From the NCBI GenBank assembly GCA_048941015.1, contig JBHLNZ010000003.1:32001-96000 (forward strand): 64,000 nucleotides of DNA. The letters run 5' to 3'. This document shows positions 19,413 through 29,822 of the stretch, in pieces; the first letter of the stretch is position 1, and each line of letters begins with the position of its first letter. The translations under genes and the position numbers were made by a program. The DNA is from Promethearchaeota archaeon. Lineage in GTDB: Archaea; Asgardarchaeota; Lokiarchaeia; Sigyniarchaeales; SOKP01. The notes under the pieces are model-generated. The model was given only the letters and a program-made list of their open reading frames with translations, was not told the origin of the DNA and searched no databases.

Positions 19413-21719
19413 ATGATAACTACTCGAGAATCAATTAATTATCAATTTTCCCTAATTTTTGGTTATTCATCTCCTAAAGAAATAACAGTTGGCGATGTTA
19501 TTGGCCCAGGAAAATTGACTAGAGAGAAGCTAAACGAGCTCTCTAAAGCTGTTATTAAGTTTCTAAGGATGTATAACGCAATATTGCGAGATTATGCTGG
19601 ATCTGAAGTTTTTAGTATTGAATATGAATTATATAATTATGATGAAAATGATGCTAAGATAAAAATATATCCCAAATCTATGATTTTAATACCGGGGAGA
19701 TATAAAGATTGTGAATGCCTGTTACTCGCCTTGAAACCTGACACTGGTTATTTAGATCCACATAAATCAAGAAAAGCTGTTAATGATGTTAGTAAATTAT
19801 TTTACGAAATAGAAGAATTTACAGATCATCCTGAATTAGGACTTGATGGGAAAAAACAAGTTTTAAATAAATTCTCAAATCGCTTTAGTAAAAAATTATA
19901 TGGGGATTTGATTGAAGATAAATGGAATAAAAAGTTAATAGGAGTTAGTATTTCGCTCCCCACAGAAAAGGAAATGTTAAATTCATATGGTTCAATAAAA
20001 TCGGATGTAAAATTTTTATGGAGTAAAAGACCAATTGAAATTATTTTTACCAATTCAATATACGATAAAAATCGAACTCCTTTTGAAGCCCAAGCTTCAA
20101 TTGAGCATCTTAAATATATAATATCAGAACCAAGCGCTAAATTCATAGTTAATAAATCCTTGAAATTGGGTACTGATCTCATCAAACTAGCAAACACAGG
20201 GACTATTGATGAATCTCAAGAAAAGATTATTCGATTTATTATTGAAAAAATTAAAGAAAAAGTAAAAAACATTAATGAGTATCATTCTGCTTTATGGTTG
20301 ATTAGTTATATTGAAGAAATCATTCAAGATCTAGAAAATCATTTTGATTTATTTATTAGATATTCAAGTGAATTTACTTCTTCGGGAGAAAATGGCAATC
20401 TCGGAATTTTATTACAAAAATATAAAAAATATCTTTATAGCTCTACTGTTAATAATCCTCAAATTTTTTATGAAATTTTTGATATAGCAGAGTTTTCAAT
20501 TTCTCAATCAATAGTTGAAAATAAAAATTTAAGGGCGATAGAATTAACTTCTGCGATTAAATATTTTTCAGAATTAACTAAAGGTTGCATTAATTCAATT
20601 AGAAGCGCGTTTCCAAGGTTTCTCTCTCTTCGTCGAATGAAAACATTAACTTTTGGTTTCTTTCAGAATTTAATAGAAAAACTTGAAATGGAACAGAAAC
20701 CTTCTAAAATTTTAGGAACAACAATATTAAATAAATTTAAAGAACTTTTATTAGATCAAATTGAGGTAAACCCTTTAATTTTATCAAAAAAAATTGAATT
20801 CAATGAGGATAAATTAATTAAAGAATTTAAAAAAATCATAATAAGTAATTTAGAATCTTTTTTTAATAATTTTCAATTAAATATCGGTGATTTAATTGGA
20901 TTCATAGAAGTTCAAATGGAAAGAGATTCAAATACTATAAAAAGTTATTTGGAGAATTTTAAGAAATTTTCAATAGAACTTGATTTCCTTTTAAGCTATA
21001 TTTTAAGATATAGTACTATAAACCGATTTTTAAAAGATGAAAAAATTATTGAAATTGCAGATCCCGTTACTTTTGTAAATCGATTTCATCGTTTCTTAGA
21101 AAAGAGAATAGGAGGTATTAATTTGGTCTGGAAATCATATATTTTTGAATGGATTAAAGATTATGCAAAAAGATTTTTTAATATTAAAGAAAAAAGAGAT
21201 TGGGTATTAAATGAAACTTATTCTGATTTTTTAAATTATATTGAAGAAAGGGAGATAATCGAACAGAAACCTGAGAATTTTTTAAAATTTCTGGATAGTT
21301 TTATTAGAAAAGTTACCGATGAATATGAGAGAGAAGCTCTATTAGAATTCTTTGGAAAATTTGAACAATCTATTGGCATTAAAACAGAATTTCCGAAATA
21401 TATTCGAAATTTAGTCCAAAAGGATATAAATTTATTAAGTTTAAATGAAGAACTGCTTAAACCAATCGATTTTTTCACTGTTGATCAAGTAGAAACCTTT
21501 TATGAATACGTTATAGAGACAGATATAAAGTATTTCTCAAAATTAATTCCTAGACCGTTATCAATTATTCTTAAACATGAATTAACCAGCGAAGAGAAAG
21601 AATCGTTTAAAGGAGATTTATTTCATATTTTCAATTTTAAATATTGGCATAAAAAATCTAAATATGATGTATTAGATAATTTTAAAGAGGTTTATAGGGA
21701 ATGGTTAAAAGAAATCTAA
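19413..21719 (+). CDS. Large hypothetical protein (768 aa)
   Basis: Long ORF, largely helical; no motif recognised. Confidence 0.8.
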   Translation: MITTRESINYQFSLIFGYSSPKEITVGDVIGPGKLTREKLNELSKAVIKFLRMYNAILRDYAGSEVFSIEYELYNYDENDAKIKIYPKSMILIPGRYKDCECLLLALKPDTGYLDPHKSRKAVNDVSKLFYEIEEFTDHPELGLDGKKQVLNKFSNRFSKKLYGDLIEDKWNKKLIGVSISLPTEKEMLNSYGSIKSDVKFLWSKRPIEIIFTNSIYDKNRTPFEAQASIEHLKYIISEPSAKFIVNKSLKLGTDLIKLANTGTIDESQEKIIRFIIEKIKEKVKNINEYHSALWLISYIEEIIQDLENHFDLFIRYSSEFTSSGENGNLGILLQKYKKYLYSSTVNNPQIFYEIFDIAEFSISQSIVENKNLRAIELTSAIKYFSELTKGCINSIRSAFPRFLSLRRMKTLTFGFFQNLIEKLEMEQKPSKILGTTILNKFKELLLDQIEVNPLILSKKIEFNEDKLIKEFKKIIISNLESFFNNFQLNIGDLIGFIEVQMERDSNTIKSYLENFKKFSIELDFLLSYILRYSTINRFLKDEKIIEIADPVTFVNRFHRFLEKRIGGINLVWKSYIFEWIKDYAKRFFNIKEKRDWVLNETYSDFLNYIEEREIIEQKPENFLKFLDSFIRKVTDEYEREALLEFFGKFEQSIGIKTEFPKYIRNLVQKDINLLSLNEELLKPIDFFTVDQVETFYEYVIETDIKYFSKLIPRPLSIILKHELTSEEKESFKGDLFHIFNFKYWHKKSKYDVLDNFKEVYREWLKEI

Positions 21720-24112
21720 TAAGCGGTATAAAAAGGAAAACTACTGCTATAGAAAGTGCTTATAGATATTTTCAGACAGTTGATCAAATAATCAATCATT
21801 TTAAGAGAGATGCTGATAAACAAAAAATCTTCCAACTAATTCAAGATAAATTTACTCTTAAGAATTTATTGAAAGCTACAGCTGCAATTCATTTATATCA
21901 CAACATGGGAATAAGAATACAAGAAGTGGTTCAATCAGAACAGTTTACATATGATTCCACAACTAAATTAGAAAAAAGTCAAAAACAAGTATTGTTTGAG
22001 GAAATTACATCTCTACTAAAGGATTCTTTCTCGTTAGAGATTGATTTACTTTATAAGATAATTGAATTAGAAAACCTTTTTATTAATTTATTAATTGAAG
22101 AGAGAGAATTAGATTTTCAAGAGATCATAAAAACAAAAAGGATTAAAGCTATCGAGGATAAGATTGAAAACCAATTATTAGAGATTGTTTCAAGTTATCC
22201 TCAATTCTATTTTTATGACTTCATTGGTGATTTAATAGGGTTAATTAACGAAATCAAAGGAGAAATTTTAGAACAGAGCTCTGCTTTTAGAGATTTATCA
22301 GTAGCCGTTGAAAAAAAGTTAGAAAGTGAAGAAAAAGAAGATAAATTCATTGAAGTCTCTACATTAAATAGGTTAATTCTAAAATTAAAAGAAAATTTTG
22401 AATTTAAATCTCATAAAGAACTACAAGTACAAACTATGCCAGTAAGAATGATAAAAAGAAAAATTATTAATTATGAGTTTAACAAATTTCCGATTTCTGT
22501 TCCAGGCTTGAAAGCATTTTTAAAAGGAAATTTACTGAAAAAAAATTTAATTGAAAAAATAGAATCAATTTTAAAAGATGAAATAAGAATTGATTATGAC
22601 CAATTTGAAGAAAAAATAGTTAGTTATTTGAAAAAGGAAATAATAACACAATTAAAAACGAATCCCAACGATTTTATTTACTTTTTACAAAGCTTGAATG
22701 AATCTAAATTTGAAGATATAATTTTTTCAATTAATAAAAGAGGCATTTATGATCTTTTACATTTAATTAATATGGATAACGAAATTGTAAAAAAAATAAA
22801 AACCAATATGATTCGATATAACATCAAAAAGCAAGATCTGCTCATATTAAATGATGATTCAAAAAATCCAATAAGTTTAGTAAAAAAAGTAATATCTACT
22901 AAAAAAATTTCTTCCCTAAATACCGCATTAAAGAGTTTTGATAATATAGAGCTATTAAAACAAATATATAAAAATGATTCTGATCTTGAAAGCTTATGGA
23001 GCGTATTAGAATCTGAAATAGGTTATTCGATTAATGAATTAAGAGAATTTATAAGAAAGCAACAAATAATAAATAAGATTTTTTTCCAAGAAATGCAATT
23101 AAGTAATTACTCACAACTCATTTTATTACTGAATTTTGAAGAAATCTTAAATAATATCGTTAAGGACACTTTTTTCTATGTTTTATCGAAAATATTTAGA
23201 CAACTAAGCAGAATAATTGAATTATATGGGAAACTAACGAATGATAAAACTCTAATTCTGCTAGCTATTAGAAATATTGATGAAACTTCAGGTTTTGAAG
23301 ACTGGGTCAAAATAAAACTTGAAGAATTAATTATTCAAAGATTAATTAAACGACAGAGAGAATTGATCATTGTTTTTAATGCAGCGAATCAAGTTTTTCT
23401 CGTAAATGGTTTTATTTTATCTCGTTTAACAGATATACCATTAAAAGTAAGTATTAATAAATTAAGAAATGAAAATAGTCATATTTATGAAGGAATTTCT
23501 ACATTAAAGCTTCGAGCTGATTTGATTTCTCCTACTTCCTATTGTTTAGCTTATGATTTATTAAAACGTTTTGAAATATTTGAAAAGGAACGTAAATCCA
23601 AGGTAAAGAAATTTATAGAATCTGAACAGAAAGAAAAAGAAATAAAGCAAAAAACTTTAAGGGAGAAACAAGAAAAGAGTACATTTAATTGGATTGAACG
23701 CAGGATAACTTCGTCATTAATGGGAATTAATCGCCCTGGAATTAATCCTAACCAGTTCTATTGGCAGGAAAAAGATACAAAGATAGTTGTAGATAATATT
23801 AAATTACATAGTGAATTGGGTGACAATCCTTTTGAAGGATTCTATGAATTCTTTCAATTTGCAGTCCAAAAAATAAGAGATTTAGAATCTGAGGTTAATT
23901 TACCTGATCCTGCTAAAATTAGGAACAACTTAGAATTAATTATTTCTGATATTATGATTAAGAGACTAAACTATCCACCAAAAAAGGAAGATATGCAGAA
24001 TCTGTTGGATGGCGAAAGATATGAAATATCTAAACGTATAGCGATAAAATTAGGAGAATTTTTGGATAAGGCACTTTACTTAAAATTTAAAAAGAAAAGT
24101 AGAGGTAAATAA
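21701..24112 (+). CDS. Large hypothetical protein (803 aa)
   Basis: Long ORF overlapping the upstream gene by 19 nt; no motif recognised. Confidence 0.8.
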   Translation: MVKRNLISGIKRKTTAIESAYRYFQTVDQIINHFKRDADKQKIFQLIQDKFTLKNLLKATAAIHLYHNMGIRIQEVVQSEQFTYDSTTKLEKSQKQVLFEEITSLLKDSFSLEIDLLYKIIELENLFINLLIEERELDFQEIIKTKRIKAIEDKIENQLLEIVSSYPQFYFYDFIGDLIGLINEIKGEILEQSSAFRDLSVAVEKKLESEEKEDKFIEVSTLNRLILKLKENFEFKSHKELQVQTMPVRMIKRKIINYEFNKFPISVPGLKAFLKGNLLKKNLIEKIESILKDEIRIDYDQFEEKIVSYLKKEIITQLKTNPNDFIYFLQSLNESKFEDIIFSINKRGIYDLLHLINMDNEIVKKIKTNMIRYNIKKQDLLILNDDSKNPISLVKKVISTKKISSLNTALKSFDNIELLKQIYKNDSDLESLWSVLESEIGYSINELREFIRKQQIINKIFFQEMQLSNYSQLILLLNFEEILNNIVKDTFFYVLSKIFRQLSRIIELYGKLTNDKTLILLAIRNIDETSGFEDWVKIKLEELIIQRLIKRQRELIIVFNAANQVFLVNGFILSRLTDIPLKVSINKLRNENSHIYEGISTLKLRADLISPTSYCLAYDLLKRFEIFEKERKSKVKKFIESEQKEKEIKQKTLREKQEKSTFNWIERRITSSLMGINRPGINPNQFYWQEKDTKIVVDNIKLHSELGDNPFEGFYEFFQFAVQKIRDLESEVNLPDPAKIRNNLELIISDIMIKRLNYPPKKEDMQNLLDGERYEISKRIAIKLGEFLDKALYLKFKKKSRGK

Positions 24113-24191
24113 TTCCTAAATTTAATCATTTTAAATTACAAAAATATTAAAATAATTTTAATTTACATTATTTACAAATAAAGGATAACAT

Positions 24192-24461
24192 TTGAAGAAT
24201 TTCATGTCGTGGATTAAAAAAGAATTAAGATATTTGAAAGATTCATTCTCACTGTTAATTAAAGGTTTCGTGTTATTTATTTTAGCTTTTTCAGGTTTAG
24301 GGCTCTCTTTATTTCTTAGATACCTACAATATAATGGTACTATTATTGCATTTTTAGGAATAATTACAGAAGCTATTGCATTAATACTCTGCTATTTTAT
24401 TTTTCGAAAATATATATCCTCAAAAGAGGAATCAAAATCTCCACATATGGAAAAAAAATAA
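24192..24461 (+). CDS. Small 2-TM membrane protein
   Basis: Two hydrophobic helices; start may be the ATG at 24204. Confidence 0.65.
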   Translation: MKNFMSWIKKELRYLKDSFSLLIKGFVLFILAFSGLGLSLFLRYLQYNGTIIAFLGIITEAIALILCYFIFRKYISSKEESKSPHMEKK

Positions 24462-24463
24462 AA

Positions 24464-25219
24464 TTACACTAAATTATTAAAAAAATCCTCCCAGTGTCTT
24501 TCTTTTACATTCAAGGAGATTAAATAATCTTTTACTTCATTTAATAGAATTTCTGGTTTAAATTCCCATGCTTCTTTTTTATTAAAAGAAACGCATATGA
24601 GTTTATCTAAATTAAATATTGACTTTAATAATAGTCCATATCCAGCAACTTGTGGAATAGAAAGTAAAAATTTTCCTTCTGGTTTATAATCAATAACTTT
24701 AATTGTATTTTTTTCAACTTGTATTAAATCTATATGACCAGTTATAAAATTATGTTTATTATATCTTTTCCAGATAGGAATTTCGATTGCAATCGAATCC
24801 TTATCTTTAATTAAGATATTTTTTAAAATTGGTTCATGACCTGGATCCTTTCTAATTTTATTCTCTTTAAAATTTTCATAAACTTCTTGAGTGAATCTTG
24901 GGAGTTTTGATTGCGAACTTTTATATGTTATCACACCTTCTCGTATCAAATTTTTACTAAAACTTGAGATAAATGCAGATTTAAGCCCCCTTATTTTAAA
25001 TTGAGAAATTCGAGGGAATTCATGTGAATTAAATACATTATTGGGGATGGTTCCCTTGTAAATTCTCTTTAAGTAAGTTCCTAATCTAATAACATTCTCT
25101 CTATTAACATTCAATTGAGATATTTTTGCTTTATGGTTAACTATGTTCCAATTAAATGCATAAGAAATATTTTGATGTATAAAGACCTTCTTCTTTAACA
25201 AATTCCTATCACTCTTCAA
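24464..25219 (-). CDS. PD-(D/E)XK nuclease family protein (RecB-like motifs)
   Basis: EIPIW, GHIDL, IDYK, QVAGY. Confidence 0.8.
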   Translation of the reverse strand: MKSDRNLLKKKVFIHQNISYAFNWNIVNHKAKISQLNVNRENVIRLGTYLKRIYKGTIPNNVFNSHEFPRISQFKIRGLKSAFISSFSKNLIREGVITYKSSQSKLPRFTQEVYENFKENKIRKDPGHEPILKNILIKDKDSIAIEIPIWKRYNKHNFITGHIDLIQVEKNTIKVIDYKPEGKFLLSIPQVAGYGLLLKSIFNLDKLICVSFNKKEAWEFKPEILLNEVKDYLISLNVKERHWEDFFNNLV

Positions 25220-25353
25220 GAGATTAACATATTAATTCAAATCTTCTCAATTAATAGTGCTTACAAAGGAAAAAAATGAATAATATCTAAAAAGAGTTCA
25301 TATTAATGATTTATTAAGTAATTTATCCAAAAAACATAGATATAAAATATATG

Positions 25354-25488
25354 CGGACCCGGCAGGATTTTCGATCGAATTTTAATTCAATTCAAATTTT
25401 CGAACCTGCGACTTTTGGATTAGAAGTCCAACGCCCTATATGCTTAGATTCTATAAAAATAGAATCTTCCAGGCTAGGCTACGGGTCC
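25354..25488 (-). tRNA. tRNA-Arg(TCT) with two introns: 19/20 (25440-25468) and 59/60 (25368-25398)
   Basis: Spliced: GGACCCG TA GCCT AGCCTGGAT AGGGC G TTGGA CT-TCT-AA TCCAA AAGTC GCAGG TTCGAAT CCTGC CGGGTCC G; BHB motifs at both introns. Confidence 0.92.
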
Positions 25489-25584
25489 AAATATCGCTGA
25501 TTATTTTTCCATCAAATCAAACTTGTTTAACTTGTATTAAATTTTAAAAAATTAAAATTTTATCTTTATTCTTCTGATATTAAA

Positions 25585-26760
25585 CTAAGTAAAATTATTC
25601 CCATTCTTTTTAATTAATATATCAACAACAACTAAATCAGATTTAGGTGAAAAAGCTTTAACAATTCTGGATTCTAAAATATTAATGATAGACCTGTTTA
25701 AATTCTTCAATGTTTCTCTTATATTGGATATAGCATTTTTTATTGAGTCAGGTTTTTCGCAAAACTGATAAACATGAAGAATACCAGATTGTGGTTTTAA
25801 TAAGAAACACGCTATCTCAAGATAATCAATAGAATTTTCTGGTAAGTTCATTATGATACGATCTGCTTTATTCCTTAAATCTTTACCCATGATATTTGAA
25901 GGGCTAAGTAATTCTTTTACATTAAGATTATAGGCATAAACTGTTCCCTTCAATTTATTAATATTAATATTTTCTTTAAGGTAATTATAAGCAAAGGGAT
26001 TAAAATCAAATGAATATATTAAAACATCGTGTTTTTTAGCAATTTGAATTGAAAACGGACCAACCCCGGCGAATAAATCTATAATTACTTCCTTTTTTTT
26101 AATCTCAAGTGAGCTTATCCGTTTGTGTTCATAAATTAATCGTGGTGTAAAATAGGTCTTTTTCACATCTAGCTTAAATAAACAATTGTTTTCCTTATAT
26201 ATGGTTTCCGAAGAATCATTTCCATATAGAAGTTTTAAATCTCTTAATCTAAAATCACCTTTTATTTCAGATTTTTTTTCATAAACGGTTTTAATATTCT
26301 TATTAACACTAATTATCGCGCTTGCAATTTCTCTTTTTACTTTTTCCGCTTCATCAAGATTTTTTTGATTAATTTGATCAAATTCAACTATTGCGATTTC
26401 ACCGATAATATCATAAGATTTTGGAGTTAAATTAATAAAACTTTCCGATAAATTATTTTTTATAACTTCTTCTATAGTCCTAAACTTATAATTCGGCTTT
26501 TCAAATCCTCTTTTTTTTATTATCTCAATATTAAATTGTTCTCTAAACATTTTAAAAAGTTCATTATCACTAAATTTCAAATTTTCAGAAATAGGAAAAA
26601 AGACAAAATCGTTTTCATGTAATACCTTCTTTTTCTTATCAATAATACTTACTTTATTTGAAATAGACCTTAATAACTTTAGTAGATCATTTGCATTTCT
26701 ACGCTCTATTTTAATGTAATTAGATTTTTTAATATGTAATTTTTTCATTTGATCCATCAA
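25585..26760 (-). CDS. trm5: tRNA m1G37 methyltransferase, Trm5/Taw22 family
   Basis: SYDIIGEIAI, YFTPRL, DLFAGVGPF, RIIMNLP. Confidence 0.9.
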   Translation of the reverse strand: MMDQMKKLHIKKSNYIKIERRNANDLLKLLRSISNKVSIIDKKKKVLHENDFVFFPISENLKFSDNELFKMFREQFNIEIIKKRGFEKPNYKFRTIEEVIKNNLSESFINLTPKSYDIIGEIAIVEFDQINQKNLDEAEKVKREIASAIISVNKNIKTVYEKKSEIKGDFRLRDLKLLYGNDSSETIYKENNCLFKLDVKKTYFTPRLIYEHKRISSLEIKKKEVIIDLFAGVGPFSIQIAKKHDVLIYSFDFNPFAYNYLKENININKLKGTVYAYNLNVKELLSPSNIMGKDLRNKADRIIMNLPENSIDYLEIACFLLKPQSGILHVYQFCEKPDSIKNAISNIRETLKNLNRSIINILESRIVKAFSPKSDLVVVDILIKKNGNNFT

Positions 26761-27181
26761 CGCTAAAAATTATTGAAAATTTCTTTTCTTGATTTCTTAA
26801 CTTACTTACTAAGTCACGATTTAGTTCTGATGAGGATTTTGAACAATTAATTAAGACAGTTCTATCACAGATAAAGTTACTTTTTCTAAAAACAATTGAA
26901 TCTTTATTTAATAATCTAAGATCTGGATGCCCGTATCCAAAAAAAGAATCTTTTATATGTTCAAGCTCAATAGTAATATCGATTTTTTGACCATTATGTA
27001 ACCTTTTTTTCAAATCTTCATTAAGATCAAAACATCCTTTAGAGGCATTAATACCTAATATACATGTACCTTTTCTTGTCAAATAATTTTCTTTAGTAAT
27101 CTCTATAGTGCTACTATGAGAACATCTAACATTTTCATGACCAAATGCGTAAATTTTTTCTAAAATAGTCATTTTAAACAA
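26729..27181 (-). CDS. DUF371 family protein
   Basis: GHENV...H..TIEITK...LT..G.CI.GI, VFRKS.FIC.RT. Confidence 0.85.
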   Translation of the reverse strand: MFKMTILEKIYAFGHENVRCSHSSTIEITKENYLTRKGTCILGINASKGCFDLNEDLKKRLHNGQKIDITIELEHIKDSFFGYGHPDLRLLNKDSIVFRKSNFICDRTVLINCSKSSSELNRDLVSKLRNQEKKFSIIFSVDGSNEKITY

Positions 27182-28818
27182 TCTTTTTTAAAGAATTCAA
27201 TTACTTGTTCGATATGATTAAATATTGAAATATTAAAACCAGAACTAGATTTAGTTAACTCTTTAAGCTCTTTCAATAGAAAACTTTCAAAAAATTCTTC
27301 AACTTCACCAAATTGGTTAATATAAGATTTTGGGATTAACAAAGCACCTTTTTTATATTCCTTACTATACTTTTTAAGAAAGAATTCGGTATTTTTTAAA
27401 GAATTGCGACAAGAAGAAAGATCTAAAGGAGTTATTGATTCGTATTGTCCCATAGGAAAAGTTTCAGCTAATTCAAGAGGAATTATTCCATAAGGTAAAG
27501 AAAAAAAAACAACGTGAATTTGTTTTCTATTGACTTGTTTATTTTCATCCAAAAAATCCATCCAATGATTAAAAGTCGGTGAATTTTTCCCTTTTACATC
27601 TAATTCCGGTAAAATTAATAAGTATTTTATTCCTTCTGGGCATCTATAATCATTTGAAATCCGATTCAAATATCTATATATCAAGGGTCTATTAAAGCTT
27701 TCAATGCTAGAATATAGACGTCCATGATTTTTGTATAATTTTTCATATTTTTCGATAAAAGGATTATACTCTTTTATTATTTGTAGTGCTTTCACTAAAT
27801 TTGGGTGAATACGAACTCTTTGCTCAATAAGTTCCCAAAGATTTCCTTCTCTTATTGATTGTCTAATTGTTTTTAATTCTGAAAAAGAAAGATACAGATT
27901 ATGTCTAGCTAACAGTTCGATTCTACGATCTCTATCACATTCTTTGAGTTCCTTTGGCGTATAATCTGAACATATTGGACAATGACATGGAAATTCTTCT
28001 AATTCATTAAGATGTTTTGTCCCGGTTGATAACGTAAAATACCGTTCTTCCCTTGCAAATAGAATATATGCTGCTGAATCCATGAGATCACATCCACACC
28101 CTACTGCTAATGAGAAAAATTGAGGCAATCCTAAACCAAACATATGTATTGGTTTGTTAGGAGGGCTTTTACTCTTCACAGTTAGCAAATTTTTTAAGAC
28201 AAAATCAAATCTATAATCAAGTAGTAATTTAACTAGACCTCCTAAAGCATAAACAGAAAAATCTAATTTACTCATCTCTATAATGCTTTTTTCCAATAGA
28301 TCCTGAAAATAACCGCCGTGAATTGGTCCGAACCAATAACAATCATTTCTTGCTCTCCTTTTAACATTATCTTTTGCTCTATTTATTGTAGTTATTACTT
28401 TTGACTTAGCAGTTTCATAATTATCATTTATTTGTACAGGAACATCTAAGATTACTGGAAAATCAGAGCCAATCTCTTCTTGAAAAGTTTCAATTGTTTC
28501 TGCATCAAGGTCAAATTTTTTATTATTATACATATATTGTTGAAAAGCTCCGCTATCGGTAGCAATAAGTCCATTGAAATTTAAAGATTTATGAATTCCC
28601 TTATTCAGCACTTCTTTTCTTAATTCAGTGTTTTGATATAATATGAAAGCGTTTGTAAAAATACACTCAGCACCGAATTTTTCCAATTCTGCTGCGGAAA
28701 TTAAATTTGAAGTTGGATGAATAACAGGTAAAAGATTTGGAGTTACTATTCTTTTATTATTAACTTCGATTAGACCCAATCGACCCAATACATCAACATC
28801 AAAAATTTCAAATTTCAT
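27169..28818 (-). CDS. tgtA: Archaeosine tRNA-guanine(15) transglycosylase
   Basis: TDSGAFQ, HMFG, DLMDSAAY, CxCxxC...HN, LWELIEQR; no obvious C-terminal PUA domain. Confidence 0.93.
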   Translation of the reverse strand: MKFEIFDVDVLGRLGLIEVNNKRIVTPNLLPVIHPTSNLISAAELEKFGAECIFTNAFILYQNTELRKEVLNKGIHKSLNFNGLIATDSGAFQQYMYNNKKFDLDAETIETFQEEIGSDFPVILDVPVQINDNYETAKSKVITTINRAKDNVKRRARNDCYWFGPIHGGYFQDLLEKSIIEMSKLDFSVYALGGLVKLLLDYRFDFVLKNLLTVKSKSPPNKPIHMFGLGLPQFFSLAVGCGCDLMDSAAYILFAREERYFTLSTGTKHLNELEEFPCHCPICSDYTPKELKECDRDRRIELLARHNLYLSFSELKTIRQSIREGNLWELIEQRVRIHPNLVKALQIIKEYNPFIEKYEKLYKNHGRLYSSIESFNRPLIYRYLNRISNDYRCPEGIKYLLILPELDVKGKNSPTFNHWMDFLDENKQVNRKQIHVVFFSLPYGIIPLELAETFPMGQYESITPLDLSSCRNSLKNTEFFLKKYSKEYKKGALLIPKSYINQFGEVEEFFESFLLKELKELTKSSSGFNISIFNHIEQVIEFFKKDCLK

Positions 28819-28840
28819 ACTTATTTACTTTTTAGAAAAA

Positions 28841-29452
28841 TTATTTAAAAAATTCAGTTAATCGATTCTCATTAAAAAGTTTTTCTAACCAATCAATTTT
28901 ACCAGCTCGATAACTTTCGATATGTTTCTTTTCAAGAATTATTTCGATAATAATATCAGTTATAGTTTTAATATCTAAATCTGTCGTATCAATTTCTAAT
29001 AAGGGAATTTTAATTCTTTTTTTCATAAAATAGTTAATAGAGTTACCTAAGATTTCAGATTGTATGTTTTCTAATATTTTTTCTTTTCTATAGCCTCTCT
29101 TCTCTAATCTTTCAAGTAAAACATCAGGATGACATCTTAAAACAATTGCTAAGTCAATATACTTATCGGGGACGATATCTGAGAAATGGCTTTCAACTAT
29201 AAGAATTTCTAAACCTTCTTTATTCAGGATTTTTATCTGCTTCTCTAAGTAAGAAATTATCTTTTTTTCATCTATTATTGAAGTTTCTCTTTGTTGATCA
29301 TAGCTTAATATAAAATTTTTTGATACAGCTAATTCATTTAATGTGATTACCTTAGCTTTAATTAATTTAGCGATTCTATTTGAAATAGTTGTTTTACCAG
29401 TTCCAGGTGTTCCTGATAATACAATTACATTCATTATTGATTCATAGATCAT
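28841..29452 (-). CDS. Adenylate kinase, AK6/Fap7 type
   Basis: SGTPGTGKT, VESH, RLEKRGY..EKI.EN..SE. Confidence 0.9.
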   Translation of the reverse strand: MIYESIMNVIVLSGTPGTGKTTISNRIAKLIKAKVITLNELAVSKNFILSYDQQRETSIIDEKKIISYLEKQIKILNKEGLEILIVESHFSDIVPDKYIDLAIVLRCHPDVLLERLEKRGYRKEKILENIQSEILGNSINYFMKKRIKIPLLEIDTTDLDIKTITDIIIEIILEKKHIESYRAGKIDWLEKLFNENRLTEFFK

Positions 29453-29487
29453 ACATTATTTGAAAGAAAATAGATAAATTGCTATAG

Positions 29488-29591
29488 TGGGAAAGGGGGG
29501 CTTCGAACCCCCGACCTCACGGTTATCAGCCGTGCGCTATACCAGGCTAAGCCAATGGAGAGAAGCCTTAAAAAAAGGTTTCTACTCTCCC
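29488..29591 (-). tRNA. tRNA-Ile(GAT) with a 30-nt intron predicted at position 7/8 (29555-29584)
   Basis: Spliced: GGGAGAG TG GCTT AGCCTGGT ATAGC G CACGG CT-GAT-AA CCGTG AGGTC GGGGG TTCGAAG CCCCC CTTTCCC A; helix GGAG/CTCC with AGT and ATT bulges. Confidence 0.88.
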
Positions 29592-29822
29592 TAGCCACAT
29601 TCCCGTTTCAGAGCTTGATATTTAATTTAATAAATCTACTATTTAACAACTAATCGATTTATTTAAATTTTAAATAATTAAAAAATTTTTTGTATTAAAG
29701 AAGAGATAAGACTAATTTTCAAGAAAATATCAATTTTAGCATAGAAAAAAATTAATTACTTCTCGATTAAATTTTAATAGTACAATAATCAAAGTTTTAA
29801 TTAAGAATTATCATAGATCCCG

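Noticed and set aside
29592-29604. Alternative tRNA-Ile 5' end GGGAATG
   Set aside because: Gives a U-U mismatch in the acceptor stem and I could not build a BHB for it; kept only as the refuting alternative
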